DNA of 64,000 nucleotides from contig CAXXQS010000001.1 of NCBI GenBank assembly GCA_963674735.2, positions 1,600,001 to 1,664,000 on the forward strand, in the 5' to 3' direction. Below, one piece after another: positions 61,101-64,000 of the stretch (its first letter is position 1; every line of letters begins with the position of its first letter). The notes under the pieces were generated by a model. The model searched no databases and had not been told where the DNA came from. It saw only the letters and a list, made by a program, of their open reading frames with translations. The translations under genes were made by a program, and so were the position numbers. The DNA comes from Myxococcota bacterium. GTDB taxonomy: Bacteria; Myxococcota_A; SURF-8.

Positions 61101-61944
61101 CGAAGAATGTGGCGAGCCGGGCCTGGACGCCTGCGACGAAGACGCCAGCGAAATGTGTATCGGCTGCAAATGCGTCGTCGTAACACCCGTTTGTGGAAAC
61201 GGCGTGATCGAGCCGAAGGAAACCTGCGGCGAGCCGGACCTGCCCGATTGCCCGAGCGGCCAATACTGCAACCACGTTTGCCACTGTACAACACCGGTCT
61301 GCGGCAACGGTTTCGGAGAACCGGGCGAAGTCTGCGGCGAATCCGATCTTCCCGCGTGCTCCGGCGGGAGCTACTGCAACGATTCCTGCCAATGCGTCAT
61401 GCCCGTTTGCGGAAATGACAACACGGAACCGGGTGAGGATTGCGATAGCCAAGACCCGAGCATCGGGTGTCCAGACGGCCAACTCTGCCATAGCTGTCGC
61501 TGCTATCCCGAAACGTGTGTTCCCCAGAAACCGCTTGCGCCCAATACGCCGACGACCGAGTTTTACCCCGACTCGTTCTTTGATATCTTCCCCTTCAGCA
61601 CCATCGACGAAGCGTGCATGACACCGGGGTTACTTGGAAGCGAAGCCGTTCTGGACATCGTCGCGCCCTGCGTCGGACCCTTCTCCGTCATCCTCTCCTC
61701 ATCGGAGGCGGCAACCGAACAATCCGCCTACACCTACCTGCTCTATGCGGATACCGGATGCACGGGACAGTCATGCTTGGTCGGATCCGGATTCCAATTC
61801 AATGGAAGTACCTGGAGCGCCCAACTGGACTATTATGCGGAGATGCCCAATCAGAGGTTTTTCGTCGTCATCGACACGCGAATCGCCTTCCCGGACGCGT
61901 CCTTCCCGGTTGATGTTTTGTTCGATGTGGCGTGTCAGCAGTGA
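58180..61944 (+). CDS. Large lipoprotein: DGD linker, GEVED domain, caspase-like (clan CD) peptidase domain, Cys-rich repeats
   Basis: Lipobox VAAC; DYGDAP, DRNRDGDW and GEVED; YVIAHG and IVESCFSG dyad; CGNG..EPGE.C repeats; GGAGG RBS before ATG 58180. Confidence 0.82.
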   Translation: MTVKCMVKTLAVCLLMTAFVAACSGDDYPDIESDGDLSAADADGDTPADGDPDDDALDSDENPTDGDDPTDGDVPTDGDMDDDVMDLDDNGDEPVVSIEEALARFWQLLSDDGDNHDAAFEAWLAKEPIPAGQTIVAAFDEDLSLDIADDSWLFVIDERPGALFDHPMRYILIPLDGSNPISFDATSPPLLTNPVAALPELVFATTSYNSQGAAMAAPATTRDDPPALRDYGDAPESLSAYYGGVAGYYPVRESSDGARTQSCEYLHLGPDCSQEAGPEDPSDPDGRPNFVDQDQDDGVIWSLGFAPGGVKHTIIARVNVADHADAPQTQYLNVLFDRNRDGDWADDGEWIVENHTLNLAADTVDEWVVLDVTLPDTAEAVCGGAWARVVLSDSEVAGDTWTGTGEYAQGEVEDLYIRQHPQSPEVCHPILPPPDWEDPPPDGDVDGDSADGDEPDDVCDIPIGKQAIVLAGPDHAEGVPIVRLTAAAMNQFLKSAGYQSSILRPQSNADVSTALTGLAANVKCLDRVMIYVIAHGRAKNGQGTAEMRLASSELISAADFFQAIASAIPPCPGGSKEAGECETASQACNLTLIVESCFSGSFASELGSLGDKTGRTLILSSASDKPSWTENGTGYVAQAIQAAADNPDAVDADQNGEITPLEWANYIHQYVQKASGKHNQNTSQSITAPNCPCDCCGDGIVQSSQENVNGVMQPSHTEACERPGDVCIGGSGIGICDSVCLCPPLEGCGDGTVQSGEECGEPGLAACEGGESCVRCVCVGDMPVCGNGTAEPGEQCGEPGRTCPEGQYCGEDCQCYFPYCGNGLPEMSEECGEPGLSACPGREYCKDCRCFTPICGNDTAEPGETCGEPGLPQCPDGQYCAESTCTCVEPVCGNNTAEMGEACGEPGLSDCPQGQYCSDGTCTCLTAACNNGTADPGETCGEPGLAQCPDGQYCSDSTCTCVTPTCGNDAAEPGEECGEPGLDACDEDASEMCIGCKCVVVTPVCGNGVIEPKETCGEPDLPDCPSGQYCNHVCHCTTPVCGNGFGEPGEVCGESDLPACSGGSYCNDSCQCVMPVCGNDNTEPGEDCDSQDPSIGCPDGQLCHSCRCYPETCVPQKPLAPNTPTTEFYPDSFFDIFPFSTIDEACMTPGLLGSEAVLDIVAPCVGPFSVILSSSEAATEQSAYTYLLYADTGCTGQSCLVGSGFQFNGSTWSAQLDYYAEMPNQRFFVVIDTRIAFPDASFPVDVLFDVACQQ
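60265..61505 (+). repeat. About 11 tandem Cys-rich repeats of ~35-39 aa (myxobacterial disulfide repeat-like)
   Basis: Units such as PVCGNGTAEPGEQCGEPGRTCPEGQYCGEDCQC; central units spaced 105-117 bp. Confidence 0.9.
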
Positions 61945-61968
61945 TGAGACCGCCATTTGACTGAAGCG

Positions 61969-61999
61969 AAACGCGGGGTCGTCGGGCCCCGCGTTCTTA
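61969..61999. terminator. Hairpin between convergent genes, probable terminator
   Basis: AACGCGGGGTC-GTCG-GGCCCCGCGTT followed by CTTATT. Confidence 0.7.
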
Positions 62000-62030
62000 T
62001 TATGAAGCCAGGCAGAGAAAATCGCGCTGG

Positions 62031-63452
62031 CTAGTCCTCCAGCTTGCCGGGATTGAAAATCCCGTTCGGGTCCATGAGCCGCTTGACCCGCTTCATCAAC
62101 GCCAGCATCCCCGGATCCAGCCGGGGCGCGAGCACCTTCCAGGCCCAAGCCGGAGTTTTGTACATCACGAAACCCCGGTCGGCCAGCATACCGAGCAGTT
62201 CGAGATTCACGGCTTTGACTTTTTCGACTTCGTCGGGCTTCTGTTTGTCGAAAATCGTGATGAAACGCAAAACGCCGAAATGCCCGCCGCGCATCGGTCG
62301 GCTGACGATCATAGGCGGAAAGCCGCGCTCGATCATGACGGCGCTGCAGGCCTCGGCCGCCTCGATGAAACGCGGAACCGGTCCATAGGTGCCGATCCAG
62401 CTCAAGCCCCCTCCCCCGTGCTTCGTCAGAAAATCGAGTTCGGTCGGGAACTCGGCGAACTTGCCCATCGCCGGATTGACTTTCACCAGCTGGTTGACAT
62501 CGAGCGGCGCTTCGTAACGCTCGCCTTTCTCGGCGAGTTCACCCAGGATTTTCCTGAGGATCTTTTCTTTCACCGCCATTTCCTCTTCGATTTCAGCCGT
62601 GAGATCCACGTACAGGAAAAACGTCGGCTCACCGGGATCGGGAACGGGATGAGGATGTTTGACCCCCATCATCATTTTCCCGGCCGGCCACGAAAGCCCA
62701 CCGATATCATCGCAGATTTCCGCTCGGCACAGGCACATCATGGCTTTGTAGGTGGAGCGCGGACCGTAGGTTAAAACAAACAGGCGCTTGTTGAGCGGAT
62801 GGGCGGGCCACAATTGGAACGCCATCTTGACCGCCAACCCGGTCGTCCCCTGCCACGCAACAAACAGTCCGCTCAGGTCGGGAAACGGGACCAATCCGAA
62901 GGGCGGGGTGTCGCGCTGCGCCCAGGCTCCCGTTTTGGCCAGCGTCCCGTCGTTCAGCACCACTTCCAGCCCGGCAATCCAATCCGATTGATCGCCATAC
63001 TTGAGCGAACGATTGGTCAGCCCGCCTAAAAGTGCATTGGCGAAAATGGAGGTGTCGGGCGGCGCCAGCGAATACCCCAATGTAAGCGGCACGTTTTCGT
63101 CAATGAGCCGTTGCTTTATCTGTCGTTGGGTCACACCCGGTTCGGCAATCGCCACCATGTTGTCGGCGTCGATCTCAAGGCCGTTCATGCGCGACATATC
63201 CAAAACGATCCCGCCTCGACTGGGGATCGTCAACCCGCCGACGTTGGTCCCGTACGCCCGTGGAGTAAGCGGGATCTGACGAGCATTGGCTTCGGCCACG
63301 ATCCGGCAAACCTGTTCGGCCGTTTCGACAAACACGACGAGATCCGGCGAAGACGCCTCGATTTCGGTAAAATCCTCCGCATATTCCCGCAACAGCGCCG
63401 GGGCATCCAGGACGTTTTCTTCTCCCACGATTTCCATCAAGAATTTCTTCAC
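62031..63452 (-). CDS. FAD-binding oxidoreductase (GlcD/VAO superfamily)
   Basis: PR.YGTNVGG...P..GGIVLDMSRMN, AEPGVT, GLEVVL.DG, GTTG, DPNGIFNPGKL. Confidence 0.87.
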   Translation of the reverse strand: MKKFLMEIVGEENVLDAPALLREYAEDFTEIEASSPDLVVFVETAEQVCRIVAEANARQIPLTPRAYGTNVGGLTIPSRGGIVLDMSRMNGLEIDADNMVAIAEPGVTQRQIKQRLIDENVPLTLGYSLAPPDTSIFANALLGGLTNRSLKYGDQSDWIAGLEVVLNDGTLAKTGAWAQRDTPPFGLVPFPDLSGLFVAWQGTTGLAVKMAFQLWPAHPLNKRLFVLTYGPRSTYKAMMCLCRAEICDDIGGLSWPAGKMMMGVKHPHPVPDPGEPTFFLYVDLTAEIEEEMAVKEKILRKILGELAEKGERYEAPLDVNQLVKVNPAMGKFAEFPTELDFLTKHGGGGLSWIGTYGPVPRFIEAAEACSAVMIERGFPPMIVSRPMRGGHFGVLRFITIFDKQKPDEVEKVKAVNLELLGMLADRGFVMYKTPAWAWKVLAPRLDPGMLALMKRVKRLMDPNGIFNPGKLED

Positions 63453-63504
63453 GACAAATCCTTTCCGCGTTAAAGCAGCCGGAACATGGTATCCCTCGGT
63501 CGCC

Positions 63505-63939
63505 TCACAGCGAGGTTTCCACAGCCTTTTTCGCGTCGCTCTCTTCAGCCCGTATCAGCGGCAACAGTTTCAGCAAGAATAGAAGGTTACCGCCGATCCG
63601 AATACGGCCGGACAAGAACGGGCCGACCACGGCTCCCTCCGTGACCACATTCAAAAGCGAAACCATATCGCCCGCCACACGTGCCTTGATCGGTCCAGAC
63701 TCACCCTTGTAGCAGGTGATGTCCCCCTTATCGAAAGCGAGGGTCACCCCCATTTCACCGGCAACCACCAGCACACGACCCTTCAAAACGGCGGCGAGCC
63801 GGGCCTTTTTCGGAATCGCGACATTGGTGGAAAGCAGTCCCTGCATCAACAAGCCAAGCAAGTTCATGTGCTCGGGATCATCCACTCGAACCGTGATTTC
63901 TTTTGTCGATTTAACGTCCGTTTCATTTACCATCAGCAT
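63505..63939 (-). CDS. SCP2-like (sterol carrier/lipid-binding) domain protein
   Basis: Small alpha/beta protein ending FLSGRIRIGGNL..LLKL, typical of the SCP2 C-terminus. Confidence 0.65.
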   Translation of the reverse strand: MLMVNETDVKSTKEITVRVDDPEHMNLLGLLMQGLLSTNVAIPKKARLAAVLKGRVLVVAGEMGVTLAFDKGDITCYKGESGPIKARVAGDMVSLLNVVTEGAVVGPFLSGRIRIGGNLLFLLKLLPLIRAEESDAKKAVETSL

Positions 63940-64000
63940 CTCCCAAACGTGTCGGGTTCACTCATTCGCAGATCCGAATAGATGTTGTTCGGCGTACCAA

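Noticed and set aside
60420-61500. Regularly spaced TGCGGCGA(A/G)CCGGG motifs resembling a repeat-spacer array
   Set aside because: In-frame protein repeats (CGEPG) with homologous intervening sequence

Overview
GC-rich bacterial chromosomal window, most consistent with a Gram-negative Myxococcota/deltaproteobacterial lineage. This is inferred from a MYXO-CTERM-like tail, a zinc-ribbon/TPR protein, Cys-rich myxobacterial-type repeats, lipid A genes and a sigma54 activator. It is mostly housekeeping: purD/purE, tsaC, tRNA m6A37 methylase, tgt/queA, lpxL/lpxK/waaA/lpxB, aspS, leuS, der/era, Tex, RNase R, a MoxR-DUF58-transglutaminase triad, two-component genes, HD-GYP and an ECF sigma/anti-sigma pair. 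Interspersed are several secreted or lipoproteins sharing acidic DGD linkers and Cys-rich repeats. No rRNA, tRNA, CRISPR array, transposase or phage gene was recognised. The best candidates for something undescribed are: (1) a sigma54 promoter with an IHF-like site driving a ~150-nt multi-hairpin RNA ahead of a surface lipoprotein operon (28090-28345); (2) a MerR-like HTH gene paired with a Cys-rich protein carrying only sigma70 region 4, under an AT-rich promoter (9464-10700); (3) a 1250-aa lipoprotein fusing a GEVED domain, a clan CD (caspase-like) protease and ~11 disulfide repeats (58180-61944). All functional calls come from motif recognition by eye, not database searches.
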